From a virus (Duplodnaviria > Caudoviricetes): 64,000 nt of DNA. Location: positions 32,001-96,000 of IMG/VR virus record IMGVR_UViG_2529292751_000006. The stretch is one strand, 5' to 3'. Made by a program: the position numbers and the translations under genes. The notes beneath the pieces were generated by a model. The model searched no databases. It was not told the origin of the DNA and saw only the letters and a program-made list of their open reading frames with translations. Each line of letters begins with the position of its first letter. Position 1 is the stretch's first letter. This document shows positions 1 through 10,690 of this stretch, piece after piece.

Positions 1-1435
1 TATTAAGAGGAATTTGACCATTGAACGGGATATAAGTTCTCTCCCTTTTCCACTGGTTAATACCTCGAAATAACTTAGGATTTTCAAGCTCATCAAACGT
101 TTCTTGTGTTGAGCCTGTTTGTGTATTGAGAATTTGTTCTGAAATTATGCCATCACCATTATCTTTCATAAGTCGAAACACCTGCATGCCGTTAATGACC
201 TCTCTTGTTGGTTCGCATTTGCTCGTTTCGATTTGTTTAGTCTCTTTTGTATTAAGAGTTACTACCTTAGCGAATTTTGGTTGTGTATCGTCTGAAGATG
301 ATACTGGATGCCAAATTAGTTCTTCCAAACTCTTTGCGGGATCATGTAAAGCAATCTCATACTTTAGCTCTGTATTAAAAGGAACATCCTCTTTTGTCAT
401 AATAGATACCTGCTGAATTGTATCTTTGAATGGAATCGGATTTGTATATAAAACCCCTTCACTCAGGTAGTCTTTCTTATACATACCAATTGTCTTTGCT
501 CCAAAATAGTAATTATAAAAGTCGCCAGACCTTTCATCATAGTCACTTTTTTCAAATACAAACTTTACACCCTGTGCATTAATTTTCTGGAAGCTCCATA
601 TTTTAATACCAGTAATTTTATCTGTTTGCGCCTGCTGATAAATAGGTGAGAAAGCTACACCATCATTTGTATATTCCAGTTTGATATTAATCGGCTTTCC
701 GTGATGTGGAATATATTCAATATAATTTAGTTCTTCTACTTCATCAAACATGACAGTCAGCTCAGCTCGCATAACATTACTTGCACTTAGCTCTTTTGTT
801 TTAACAACATGCCACCAAGCTGTATTAATATTATCATCAAATGCATGTGTAATGCTTTCCAATGCTTCATTTTTCTGTGATGGCTGTAGTGTTTGAAAAT
901 ATGCTTTACTTGGGTCAATAATAATTCTTTTTCCTTTTCCGATATTCTCAGATAATGTTACTTCTTTATTCTGGATGTCTACAAATATAGTGCTATTTGC
1001 CTTATTTACATCACTAGCATTCTCAAAACTAACCACATAGCTTTCAAAGTACTTATAATCACTGTTGTTAGAGACTAATAGCAATTCATCTATAGACTTA
1101 GAGATATTAGCCAGTTCATGACTTAATTTATTTCTCTCTGTTTCTATTAAGTTGAAATCAGTCATAATTTGTGTCGTTTGATTAATAGTGGCATCATAGG
1201 CATCTGTTATATCTTGATGAATCTGCGACACATGATTATTATACTTATCAGCATCTGATTTTTCTTTTCGAAATACCTTCACTGGATTAAAAGATGGTGT
1301 TCCAGGTCTATGTTCTCGCAACCATTGTGCAAACTGGTGTGTAATAGTTTCAAAAGCAGGATATCTGCCACGAAACAGATATCCTTTTATAATTTCTTCT
1401 ACTTTTCTTGTGATTTGTATCTTTTTTATACTCAT
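1..1435 (-). CDS. Virion structural/baseplate-associated protein with galactose-binding-like domain, paralog of the next two upstream genes; 3' end lies beyond the window
   Basis: Not in the ORF track. Manual translation from ATG at 1435 (SD AAGGTG) gives MSIKKIQITRKVEEIIKGYLFRGRYP... and stays open for 478 codons to the window edge. Motifs HAFDDNINTAWW, YYFGAKTIGMY and LKYEIA...WHPVS match the 821-aa and 1867-aa neighbours. Confidence 0.85.
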   Translation of the reverse strand, partial: MSIKKIQITRKVEEIIKGYLFRGRYPAFETITHQFAQWLREHRPGTPSFNPVKVFRKEKSDADKYNNHVSQIHQDITDAYDATINQTTQIMTDFNLIETERNKLSHELANISKSIDELLLVSNNSDYKYFESYVVSFENASDVNKANSTIFVDIQNKEVTLSENIGKGKRIIIDPSKAYFQTLQPSQKNEALESITHAFDDNINTAWWHVVKTKELSASNVMRAELTVMFDEVEELNYIEYIPHHGKPINIKLEYTNDGVAFSPIYQQAQTDKITGIKIWSFQKINAQGVKFVFEKSDYDERSGDFYNYYFGAKTIGMYKKDYLSEGVLYTNPIPFKDTIQQVSIMTKEDVPFNTELKYEIALHDPAKSLEELIWHPVSSSDDTQPKFAKVVTLNTKETKQIETSKCEPTREVINGMQVFRLMKDNGDGIISEQILNTQTGSTQETFDELENPKLFRGINQWKRERTYIPFNGQIPLN

Positions 1436-1449
1436 GTAATCACCTTTTC

Positions 1450-4400
1450 TTAGTCTGGTCTTCTGCAATCTGTATAGTTTACTGATATATTACTCTCTAC
1501 ACGATCACCGTTTGTATTATAAACTGTTGCCTTTGTTAATTGGAAAACATCCTCAATATATATTTCTCGTCTTGTTATTGCGCCACCTTTTTTAAACCAA
1601 ATATCAAACGCCCATTCTGGAGAAGCTTCAAAATTAAGACCACCAGTTTCTTTTATGATTTCATAAAACACATAATTATAATTAGTAGGATAATGTGTAT
1701 TATGCCAATACTGTATACTCGTGATTATATTATTGTCCTTTAAAGTCGGAATGATATTTGCCGGTCTTGTAGACATTGGATACATATCTAATGAAGTATA
1801 AACAATGGCATGCTTTACCGCATCGTGTCGGTATTTATTATTGAATGTAAATAGACCAAAATTAGGGTCAGTAAATTGATCCCATTCGACTTTAAACTCT
1901 TTCTTACTAAGACCTTTAAGTCTCTCGAAAGACATTACCTTAGATAGGTTTATTTCATTCACAGGTGTAAATTCTTGATAGAAGGCAGGTTTTCCATCAG
2001 GATCTAGACCTGTAGAGATTATAGCCACTCTAGCGTCCACTTTAGCATCTATTAAATTTCGAATAAGAATTTGTACATTTTGTTTTATATTATGAAAATA
2101 TAGACCATCCATTTCTTCAAAAGCACAAATAGAAAGTACTATATCAATTTTCCCTATTTCATTAGCTGCTGCATGCTCGATTGGATTTCTAGGAACAACT
2201 TTATGTTTAGCCATAGGAATTTTTGGGCTTATTTCCTCTATATTTTTCTCTCCTGTAAATTCATACTCTTTTTTGTAATCTTCTGTTTCTACAACTAATT
2301 TTTTAATCTTATGGAAATCATCTCTCATAATATATTTATAAAAATTAATAAATGAGCTGCCAAAGCAATTCTTACCACGAGCATGCTTCTTATCGTCACT
2401 AGTACTGATAGGATATGCATTCGTAAATCTAAGCGGCCCTGTTGTACAGTCATTCCCTATGAATGAAAATGAATCGGTTTTAACTTCGCCATTCTCATCT
2501 ATAGCCCCAAATTTAACTACTACCACATTATGTATACCAATTAAATTTGTATTAATAGGAATTATTTTCGTTACATACCTTTGATTATTGACTTTTTCTA
2601 CTTCATTAAGAATCTCTTTGCCGTTAACACTAACAACAGAAAAGACATTAACAATATTATTAATACTTTTTATGTTGACTGTTATTGTATGAAGAGGATT
2701 TTCAACAATATTCCCTTGATTCGCACATAAAGAGTATGGAATATTTAAGAAATCAAGTTTTATATTATCCGACTTTCCTTCTATATTGACATCTACAGGC
2801 GTTTCTTTTTTACAATTAACAGCTATTAGCTTGAGTTCTTTTGTAGAACTAATACCACTTTCATTTGTCGCAGTTACACTAATCGAGATAGTATCACCAG
2901 GATCAAGCAAAGTCGTATCTAATGAAAGACTATGTGAAAATTCTTTTTTATTCTGCAGTGTTATTACTTCAGGGTCTTTTATAAGTTTACCATTTATTTT
3001 TAAAGAACAACTAAATGACTTGATACCTAAAGTGTCTGCTATATATATATTTAAATTTTCAAATAAGCTATCTTTAATATTAGGACTTTCCTCTTGTGTT
3101 AGATACTTATTTCCGCATAAATCCTTGGGAGCATCTTTAAATTGTATTTCAGGACCATTAGAAGAAATACCAGTTTCAATAAGGTTTTGAGATGGACATA
3201 TCGATTTCATAAAATCTTCATCCAGTCGATATACAATGACATCCTCTTTCCCACCGACATATGGTGCTTTACTGTAATCCACAGTACCATTATGGAGCCA
3301 TAACAGATTATCTACTGATTTCAAAGCCCCTATTGAATGCTCAGGATAGCTCACCCCAGCTGATTTATATTGAATTCCTTGCGACCATCTAGTTTGTTCT
3401 ACGCCCGTCCTATCTCTGTAGAGTACACCTAATGCTGTTATTAGAATGTTATCTTTCCCAGTGCCACTGATAATTTGAATTGCAGGGCTCTTAAAGAATT
3501 TTTCCCATCCAATTTTCACGACAACTTCTCCGTTTTTAGTGGTAAACCTATAATTGTATGCATAAGCGCTTAGGGATATTTTCCTTACTTCAAGCTTATT
3601 CGTTGCATCGTTGTAATACTGAACTAAAATATGAGTTACTAGATTACATGAATAAATATTTCCAGATGGCTGATAAGTAAATGCATCAGGGTTAAAATCA
3701 CTCATTGTATCACAAGCATGATCAATCCAATCATTCTCAAAAACCGGTATTACATAACTCCCTTTTTCACCTAGACTTGGAGCGGAAGAAAAGTCACCTT
3801 GGATTGTTTGAGGGAACCAATCTGCATCTTTCTTATCATCTCCTACTAGGATTTTTTCTATATTTGAAACTTGCCCATGTGTCTTTCCTATACCTACTGG
3901 CCAAATAACATGGGGATCATCATAATAATCCGAATAAAGTAAACTAATAGCATGAATTTGAAAAGCTTGTTTTGATTCATCATTTCCTGCTGCTAACATT
4001 AGTATAGGGCTACTAAATTGTTTACTCCATCCAATAGCAAGTTTTGCTCCCACCCCATTATCTAAAAATGTTAAAGGCAGCGTAGACCCTGGAACATGTA
4101 GCATTTTAATCTCATGAGAGCCATTGTCGTTATAAAGATAATAATAAAGTGTAATGTCCTCTAATTTATAGCAATCTCGAACTCTTTTTTTACCTTCATG
4201 ATTTGTATCTGGTCTACGACAGTCTTCCACTACAAATGAAAAGCTTTTATTAATAGATAAGTTTTGAGTATCATATGCAGTTATACTAACTGTTACAGAG
4301 TCACCTTTTTTAATGCCTAAATCAGTAAGTTTTTGATAAGGAACTTTTACGTATATACTGGACTCACTAATGCCCATGATGCTAATCGCAGGCATCTCTT

Positions 4401-7053
4401 GTATAGAAACTGGTTGTTTCTTTTTGTTTTTACATCCACATCCTTCTTGTTCTTCAAAAGCATCTAACCAATCCCCAAAATCCTCTATTTCCATAATATT
4501 TGCTTTTGGATTATTAGTAGTCATTGCTTGTAATACCGTTTCTTCCGGTTCAAATAATATGCCATTTATAGTATAGCTAATGCTACGTATTGAAGATGAG
4601 GACTGAACACTTCCATAAAAGATAAGCTGATCATTTTCACATAACGTTATTGGATATTTATCTAAAACAATCGACATACCTTTTGCTTTATCCTGTTCAA
4701 CTGGCTTATCTTCTTCTGGCATATTATCACAAGTTACAACTTCAAATATGTATACATCAAATGCCATTCCTTTTTGATCATATATTCTCACTGAAACGGT
4801 TGTAGTTCCTTTAGGAAGCATAAGGGCTGGTATTGTAAATTCAAAATTGGACTCTGCTCCTGAAATGCTTTTGGTTTCTTTCTTCTTTGGTCCTATATAT
4901 AGTTCAGCTTTTGATAAACTATTATTACTTATTGCTTTGCATTTCAATATTAAATCTTTATCATCGCACCATTGAGTTGGTTTACTAAGAATACTAACCT
5001 TTAGATTTGATGGTTCAATAGTTTCAGTAATTGGATCATCGGGAGTTTCTTTATAGATAATGTCAGGAGCTATTGTATTAGCTTTCTTATAGCTTTTTTC
5101 ACTCTCGTAACTATTTGAAACAGTGCTTATGGTTTGTAGATTAAAATTATATCCTGTTAGTATAGGACTGGCTTGTAAAAATGAATTTGCTGATTGCGGA
5201 GCAGAAGCATAGTCTTTTAGCATAAATCCCTCTACTGTATAATCATTTGGTCTACGTCCTAGAACCTTTAGTCGTAAGCTGTAGACAGGATATTCTGATT
5301 CTAAATAAGCAGCTTTTTGATCTAATTTTTGTTTAGAACTTTCTACTGTTCTTACTGTATATATCTTTGGTGGTTGTTCATCAGAAAGTACTTGATTCTG
5401 CAACGGTGTTATAGGATGCCATGTGGTACCATCATCAATAGATATAAAATACTTTAACCATTCATAAGATAGTTCAGGATTCTCAGAGAACATTTGTGGG
5501 ATATTCTGATTTACGTTTAAAGATATCTTATCTAGCGCCTTATCAAAGAAAAACGGGAATGTAACTAATTCTCCTTCTTCTTCATATTCACATGACCATA
5601 TCTCTATATCTCTAATTCCTATGCACCATCTGAAGCCTTCAAATTTTTCTACACCCATATCTATTGTATCTAAGTCAATACTATTCATAAGGCGATTTAT
5701 TGTTTCGCCAATACTTGTAGCTTTAATATTCGTTTCACCCAATAGAGGATAGTTCGCTTCTACACTACTCTCATTTACTCTTACTTCAATACCTAAATCT
5801 TCAAGAGAAATCAATGGGCCTTCTACACGAGGTGCATATGTATATTTTTTAGTAGCCATATCCATTGCATATTCAGACTTATCTTCTGATTGTGTTTTCT
5901 TCTCATAAAAGATATGACCGATATCTGTAATGTATTTATGAGGTTGTTCAAATAAAATAGATATTACTTTTGCTTTTACTGGCGCAAAATGAAACTGATA
6001 TTGATTATCCTTTTTATTTTTAGGTAGAACTGACTTCGGTTGATTCTTACCATCAGACACTAAAATATTTTTAACAATAGCTGTCTTCGCTCCATAGTTT
6101 GAAGGAGTATACATATTCAAATTAATTTCATTAATAACTTTTTCTTCTTTTAATATAATCTGCATATGTAGTTTTAAGCTGCCGTTATCCGCATCCTCAG
6201 CCCATTGTATGGTTTGATTGCCGTGCACTTGGTAATTCCATCCTAAGTTCTTTGCCACACGCACCTTATCATGCTCTCGAACATTTACTTTTTCATATTC
6301 AAACCATGTATTAGGTGAACCATCTAAGACTGCTGAATAGTCACTGTGATTGTTTTCTTCTCCTAAGAAAGTAGGAATATAGTTCTTATTTGTTAGAATA
6401 TCATCCGTAACACTATGTATTTCTGTATTGTTACCTGGAAATCCATTTGATTCAGTGCCAATAATAAATTTATCTTGCTTACGATTACCAGCAATAATAG
6501 TAACGCTAGAATCTAGAGCGACATTTTCTCTACTCTTTTGAGGTAATGTTACAGCCCCATTCACTATTTCTAAGGGCTTTCCTACGATACGGCTATAGTC
6601 TATCTTCTCTTTATTTAAAAAGTCATCTCTGCCGAATTTAATATCATCTTCACTTTTCTCTGCATAGATTTCTAAATCTCTCATTTTATCAAAAATATTT
6701 TCATATTGATTATTAAGAATTTCATGCTGTACAGTATTGTGATTAAAATCTGTATATAATGACCGCCCTATGATATCCATCTCTTGAAACAATAGCTCAA
6801 GATCTTGTTTGATTTCCATCATCATTTGATTAAAATCTTCGCTCCAAGGAGGACCACCTTCTGGAGCAAAACGAGGCACCATATTTGGTTTCCCTACAGA
6901 AGTAAAGAATTCTTGAAATGAATTAAATACAGATGCAATGAGCTTTGGCTCTGACTGAATAGAGTTATCATCAAATTTTTGCTTTGCTCGTTCAAACAAT
7001 TGTCGAGCTTGCAGATATAGCATCTGAGAGTTATTTTTAATTGGCTTACTCAT
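1450..7053 (-). CDS. Large structural/adhesin protein (about 1867 aa): N-terminal coiled-coil and galactose-binding-like region, Asp-box, Cys-bounded Ig-like repeats, C-terminal vWA-like domain
   Basis: Start moved to ATG 7053 (MSKPIK; AGGAGG at 7060-7065). Motifs AVLDGSPNTW, SIDDGTTW, repeated P-x-x-[LW]-C...C units, KIDIVLSI...ARVAIIS...AVKHAIVYT...KETGG. Confidence 0.75.
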   Translation of the reverse strand: MSKPIKNNSQMLYLQARQLFERAKQKFDDNSIQSEPKLIASVFNSFQEFFTSVGKPNMVPRFAPEGGPPWSEDFNQMMMEIKQDLELLFQEMDIIGRSLYTDFNHNTVQHEILNNQYENIFDKMRDLEIYAEKSEDDIKFGRDDFLNKEKIDYSRIVGKPLEIVNGAVTLPQKSRENVALDSSVTIIAGNRKQDKFIIGTESNGFPGNNTEIHSVTDDILTNKNYIPTFLGEENNHSDYSAVLDGSPNTWFEYEKVNVREHDKVRVAKNLGWNYQVHGNQTIQWAEDADNGSLKLHMQIILKEEKVINEINLNMYTPSNYGAKTAIVKNILVSDGKNQPKSVLPKNKKDNQYQFHFAPVKAKVISILFEQPHKYITDIGHIFYEKKTQSEDKSEYAMDMATKKYTYAPRVEGPLISLEDLGIEVRVNESSVEANYPLLGETNIKATSIGETINRLMNSIDLDTIDMGVEKFEGFRWCIGIRDIEIWSCEYEEEGELVTFPFFFDKALDKISLNVNQNIPQMFSENPELSYEWLKYFISIDDGTTWHPITPLQNQVLSDEQPPKIYTVRTVESSKQKLDQKAAYLESEYPVYSLRLKVLGRRPNDYTVEGFMLKDYASAPQSANSFLQASPILTGYNFNLQTISTVSNSYESEKSYKKANTIAPDIIYKETPDDPITETIEPSNLKVSILSKPTQWCDDKDLILKCKAISNNSLSKAELYIGPKKKETKSISGAESNFEFTIPALMLPKGTTTVSVRIYDQKGMAFDVYIFEVVTCDNMPEEDKPVEQDKAKGMSIVLDKYPITLCENDQLIFYGSVQSSSSIRSISYTINGILFEPEETVLQAMTTNNPKANIMEIEDFGDWLDAFEEQEGCGCKNKKKQPVSIQEMPAISIMGISESSIYVKVPYQKLTDLGIKKGDSVTVSITAYDTQNLSINKSFSFVVEDCRRPDTNHEGKKRVRDCYKLEDITLYYYLYNDNGSHEIKMLHVPGSTLPLTFLDNGVGAKLAIGWSKQFSSPILMLAAGNDESKQAFQIHAISLLYSDYYDDPHVIWPVGIGKTHGQVSNIEKILVGDDKKDADWFPQTIQGDFSSAPSLGEKGSYVIPVFENDWIDHACDTMSDFNPDAFTYQPSGNIYSCNLVTHILVQYYNDATNKLEVRKISLSAYAYNYRFTTKNGEVVVKIGWEKFFKSPAIQIISGTGKDNILITALGVLYRDRTGVEQTRWSQGIQYKSAGVSYPEHSIGALKSVDNLLWLHNGTVDYSKAPYVGGKEDVIVYRLDEDFMKSICPSQNLIETGISSNGPEIQFKDAPKDLCGNKYLTQEESPNIKDSLFENLNIYIADTLGIKSFSCSLKINGKLIKDPEVITLQNKKEFSHSLSLDTTLLDPGDTISISVTATNESGISSTKELKLIAVNCKKETPVDVNIEGKSDNIKLDFLNIPYSLCANQGNIVENPLHTITVNIKSINNIVNVFSVVSVNGKEILNEVEKVNNQRYVTKIIPINTNLIGIHNVVVVKFGAIDENGEVKTDSFSFIGNDCTTGPLRFTNAYPISTSDDKKHARGKNCFGSSFINFYKYIMRDDFHKIKKLVVETEDYKKEYEFTGEKNIEEISPKIPMAKHKVVPRNPIEHAAANEIGKIDIVLSICAFEEMDGLYFHNIKQNVQILIRNLIDAKVDARVAIISTGLDPDGKPAFYQEFTPVNEINLSKVMSFERLKGLSKKEFKVEWDQFTDPNFGLFTFNNKYRHDAVKHAIVYTSLDMYPMSTRPANIIPTLKDNNIITSIQYWHNTHYPTNYNYVFYEIIKETGGLNFEASPEWAFDIWFKKGGAITRREIYIEDVFQLTKATVYNTNGDRVESNISVNYTDCRRPD

Positions 7054-7054
7054 G

Positions 7055-9520
7055 TTAAACCTCCTGATCGTATGATTGGCACTTAATACTGTAACTGTAT
7101 AAAGCTGGCGTAACTGATTCATCTTCCATGCTATTTCGACGCAGGATTGCTTTTAATCTAATGTCAGTTGTCACATAGTAATAATCAACAGTAATACTTT
7201 CAATTTTTGCTCCATCAATAGGTTTACCGAAAACTATTGTTTTCCCTATTTGTGCAAATGTTTTCCCTTCGTTTTCAGTGAGTCTTTCCGTGTCATATGT
7301 GTTTGTAGCATGGTTTGTTATGTTTTTAAATTCTTCGCCATTCACACGAACAATTATAGGAAACTCAGGTGTTTTATTTTCATTTTGATTATAATGATTT
7401 TCCTTTTCGTTATATTTAAAAAGGGAATTTCTAAATAAATAAGGACTATGCTTCAGCTCAATTGCATTATTGAAATCCGCTGACTCAAAACTTTCTCCTG
7501 TATCTCCATTTACATCTATATACTGAGTGGGTGTAATGTTATTTTCATAATCTAATACAACTACATACGCTTCATCTACTGGCTTATAATCGACAGTATA
7601 AATACTAGATGCAGAGTAATACTTACTAAAGATTCCTATCTTCTTCCCATCGTTTGAAATAATGTATGTCTGCGGATCCATGGGTACGCCATTTCTTCTT
7701 AACACAACTGTTTTATTTGATACGATTGGAAATCTAAAACTATATTGAATCAAAGAGTGTCCCTTAAATTCAGGATAATCTCCTTGTATCATATCTCCAG
7801 ACAACAATTCGCCATATACGTACTTTTTATCATTTGGCAAAATAGGAATCCAATCCGATGCATTAGGATTTTTCTTGTACGTTATATAGTATTCTATATC
7901 TGTAATTTGAGCTGTATTTATGCTCCCAAGCTCTTTTGTAATTGGATCAGCTACCGCATTATCTATTTCAATATGATGATGCTTTTCAACCGTGCTTAAT
8001 CCTATCTTATTTGCGTTACTAGATAAGGGAAGTGGTTCAGTTACCATTATTGAATGGTTTTTATACTTACGCCCAAAGATAGATATATTGTATGCACCAT
8101 ATAGATATGAAATCTTATTAACTGCTTTCCAACTCTTCTTTAATTCCTCATCATTATTAATAGCATTATCTTTATCTTTGGATAATGCTTGCAACTTCAA
8201 GAGCATTGGATTTTTATAATCACCCATACGTATAGTTTCCATTGCACGTTTAGCACTTTCTAGAATGCCACTTTCATTGACACTAAGAGCCCATTCTTTT
8301 AATTTTTCTAAATAAACGGACCATCCAGTAATCTCGTTCTTTTTATCAAATTCCGCAATGGTTTCATTAGGATTTTTATAGTCAGGTATCAATTGTTCTG
8401 AAGATGATAATTTTCTCCATAGCTGCATGTTTTGTGCTTCATCTTTGTTAACGATAAAATTCTCACTTACATAGTTTTCTTGTCGTAGTAATATTTTAAT
8501 TTTGGATACATCAACAGATGGAAACTGAAATGTCATAAGATTTACTGACTTTTTGTTTCGCTGCATAGGGTTGATATGATTCGGAGAAATTAACTCATAC
8601 ATTTTTCCGTTCATATCTTCTGTTTCATAACCATAGATGCTGACAATCTCTAATGGATATGCGCAAAATGGTTCAAAGTGAATATCTGAAACAGTAGTAA
8701 CGCCATTCAAAGTTATCTCTAACTCACATATAGCTCCATCCTTGGGAATCTCTTCATAGTCATTTTTCCATAAGTCATTGATATTCTGTTTAATCGGTTG
8801 ATCCACCAAAATACTTTCTGCCCAATAAGTATTTAGTGAGCCATCTATTGCTTGGTCAATTGTATGATTAGGATTTTCACTAGGATACCCTGTTCTATTC
8901 AGTACGTTTATATGAGCAAGTTTACGACCATAATTTGTTCTTAACTGGTCAATGGTTTCTACTCCAGCTAATTGCAAAGCATCACCAACATTTTCAGCAA
9001 TAAATGTAGAGTCTAAATATTTATCAAAACGATCTTTTCTTAAACTTTGTAATACTGTTTCATTGGTTTCTATATATTCAGGTGCCTTAAATTGCTCATG
9101 GATTCCATCAACAAAGCCATCCGTATTTTTCATAATTAATTTATAGCGATTTACTTTTGTCTGCAATGCATAGACATTTTTTCGAATGCTTGCTAATAGT
9201 GACTTAGATAGCAGTTTATTATCAGCAATAAGTCGATCAATGGTTGAAGAAGCTTCAAACAATGTAGCTAAGTCAAATGCGATTTCTTCCATATTTGCAT
9301 TGTATGCTTTGGAATTTGTTTGCTTAGACTGAGTCCTTGCCTTGAAAGTAGGACCATTGCTTTTACCATCAAGTTCTGATAATAACTTTTCAAGTTCCGC
9401 TTGCAACTCATAATTTGTTTTGATTTTTCCTTCTTTTTGTTGAAGCTCTAATAGCTCAATTAGTTTTTTTCGTTGAGTAGTAGGCATAGTAATTAAAAAA
9501 TCATCTAGAAACTTACTCAT
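7055..9520 (-). CDS. Virion structural protein (821 aa), paralog of the flanking downstream genes, with galactose-binding/discoidin-like domain
   Basis: Long ORF with SD AAGGGA. Motifs AIDGSLNTYW, CELEITL, YLYGAYNISI, IEYYI...WIPILP are shared with the two downstream ORFs. Confidence 0.75.
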   Translation of the reverse strand: MSKFLDDFLITMPTTQRKKLIELLELQQKEGKIKTNYELQAELEKLLSELDGKSNGPTFKARTQSKQTNSKAYNANMEEIAFDLATLFEASSTIDRLIADNKLLSKSLLASIRKNVYALQTKVNRYKLIMKNTDGFVDGIHEQFKAPEYIETNETVLQSLRKDRFDKYLDSTFIAENVGDALQLAGVETIDQLRTNYGRKLAHINVLNRTGYPSENPNHTIDQAIDGSLNTYWAESILVDQPIKQNINDLWKNDYEEIPKDGAICELEITLNGVTTVSDIHFEPFCAYPLEIVSIYGYETEDMNGKMYELISPNHINPMQRNKKSVNLMTFQFPSVDVSKIKILLRQENYVSENFIVNKDEAQNMQLWRKLSSSEQLIPDYKNPNETIAEFDKKNEITGWSVYLEKLKEWALSVNESGILESAKRAMETIRMGDYKNPMLLKLQALSKDKDNAINNDEELKKSWKAVNKISYLYGAYNISIFGRKYKNHSIMVTEPLPLSSNANKIGLSTVEKHHHIEIDNAVADPITKELGSINTAQITDIEYYITYKKNPNASDWIPILPNDKKYVYGELLSGDMIQGDYPEFKGHSLIQYSFRFPIVSNKTVVLRRNGVPMDPQTYIISNDGKKIGIFSKYYSASSIYTVDYKPVDEAYVVVLDYENNITPTQYIDVNGDTGESFESADFNNAIELKHSPYLFRNSLFKYNEKENHYNQNENKTPEFPIIVRVNGEEFKNITNHATNTYDTERLTENEGKTFAQIGKTIVFGKPIDGAKIESITVDYYYVTTDIRLKAILRRNSMEDESVTPALYSYSIKCQSYDQEV

Positions 9521-9550
9521 ATACTACATCCCTTCTTTAGTTTATAAAGT

Positions 9551-9573
9551 AAACAAGACAGCCGCAGCTGTCT
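9551..9573 (-). terminator. Putative intrinsic terminator
   Basis: Minus strand AGACAGC-TGCG-GCTGTCT (7-bp stem) then TGTTT, overlapping the stop of the 355-aa ORF. Confidence 0.5.
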
Positions 9574-10639
9574 ATTTACTCACAATACCTTGTTTCCCAT
9601 CAAATGGAACATAGGCTTTTTTTGTTTCGTCCCATTTCTCTACGACAAAGTGACTTAAATAAGGATGATCAGCATAAGAAAAAGTAACATTAGCCATTCC
9701 ATCTTTTACTTGTACTTGTAGCCCCTTAGGAGTAATGCCCTCCTTAACTACATCTTGATGATTTCTCATAATAGAGAAGTCTGCTGTCCAGTTGGCGCCT
9801 TTCATTGACTGCATATCTTCTTGTACAGACTTTACGCTGTCCTCTAAATCAAATAAGATTTGCGTGATCTTACTATTTTTTTGAACCATTTGCTGTAAGA
9901 AGATATATAAGAAGTCTTCAGGTATATCTTTGAATTGCATTTTGACAGGAAAGTACAATACCCAGTCTGTATGAGCTACTGCACTTAAAGATACAACCCC
10001 TTTTTCTGTAATTGTACCTGTAACAAAACGGTTGTATTCATCACGGGCTGGCATTCCACTTGAAGTCAGTACACTAACATCGCCATCAATAAATTTTATA
10101 CCATTTGGTTGGATCACAGTGAAGCTCTCAGCTTCTATATCTACATTATATTTATGTGGAACAAATAACTCTTTATTAATTCTCTCCACATTAGCAAGTG
10201 CCATTTCTTGAAGTTGTCTTAATCTATAATCTAACTTTAACCCCTCTTCAACATTTACATCCACAGAGGCTACAGCATTATTTAACTCCTCAAAGAGCAC
10301 TCCTTTTGTTAACTCACCACCACCGCTATTTCCACTGTTATTCCCAGTGTTTGAAGCGATTTTAGAAACCTCATCTTTCAATTGTCTTAATGTATCTTCT
10401 AATCGCTTGCCTCGGCCAGCAGTACTCTCGAAACAAGCTGTTGATATTTCAGTTAGTGCTTCATCTGCACGAACAAGAGCAGTTAAGGCATTATTAGATG
10501 TGGTATCAAACTTTGATGATAGGTTTAAGATTTTATATTTTTCTCGCTCCCAATCACTCAGACTTTGATTCATCTCACCGATTTTTTCCTCCAGCAAGTT
10601 CACAAATGCGATTAAATCTTTGGAATTATGTATAGGCAT
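9572..10639 (-). CDS. Hypothetical structural protein (355 aa) with N-terminal coiled coil and Gly/Asn linker
   Basis: ORF with SD GGGAGG, heptad-like N-terminus and SNTGNNSGNSGGG linker. Confidence 0.7.
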   Translation of the reverse strand: MPIHNSKDLIAFVNLLEEKIGEMNQSLSDWEREKYKILNLSSKFDTTSNNALTALVRADEALTEISTACFESTAGRGKRLEDTLRQLKDEVSKIASNTGNNSGNSGGGELTKGVLFEELNNAVASVDVNVEEGLKLDYRLRQLQEMALANVERINKELFVPHKYNVDIEAESFTVIQPNGIKFIDGDVSVLTSSGMPARDEYNRFVTGTITEKGVVSLSAVAHTDWVLYFPVKMQFKDIPEDFLYIFLQQMVQKNSKITQILFDLEDSVKSVQEDMQSMKGANWTADFSIMRNHQDVVKEGITPKGLQVQVKDGMANVTFSYADHPYLSHFVVEKWDETKKAYVPFDGKQGIVSK

Positions 10640-10668
10640 TTCTAATACCTCCCTTTCATTATCTTATC

Positions 10669-10684
10669 ATGAAATGCATTACAT
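10669..10684. promoter_or_regulatory. Near-perfect 16-bp palindrome ATGAAATGCATTACAT, putative operator
   Basis: 15/16 identical to the perfect palindrome at 61474..61489; both copies are intergenic and upstream of an SD. Confidence 0.5.
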
Positions 10685-10690
10685 CCACTA

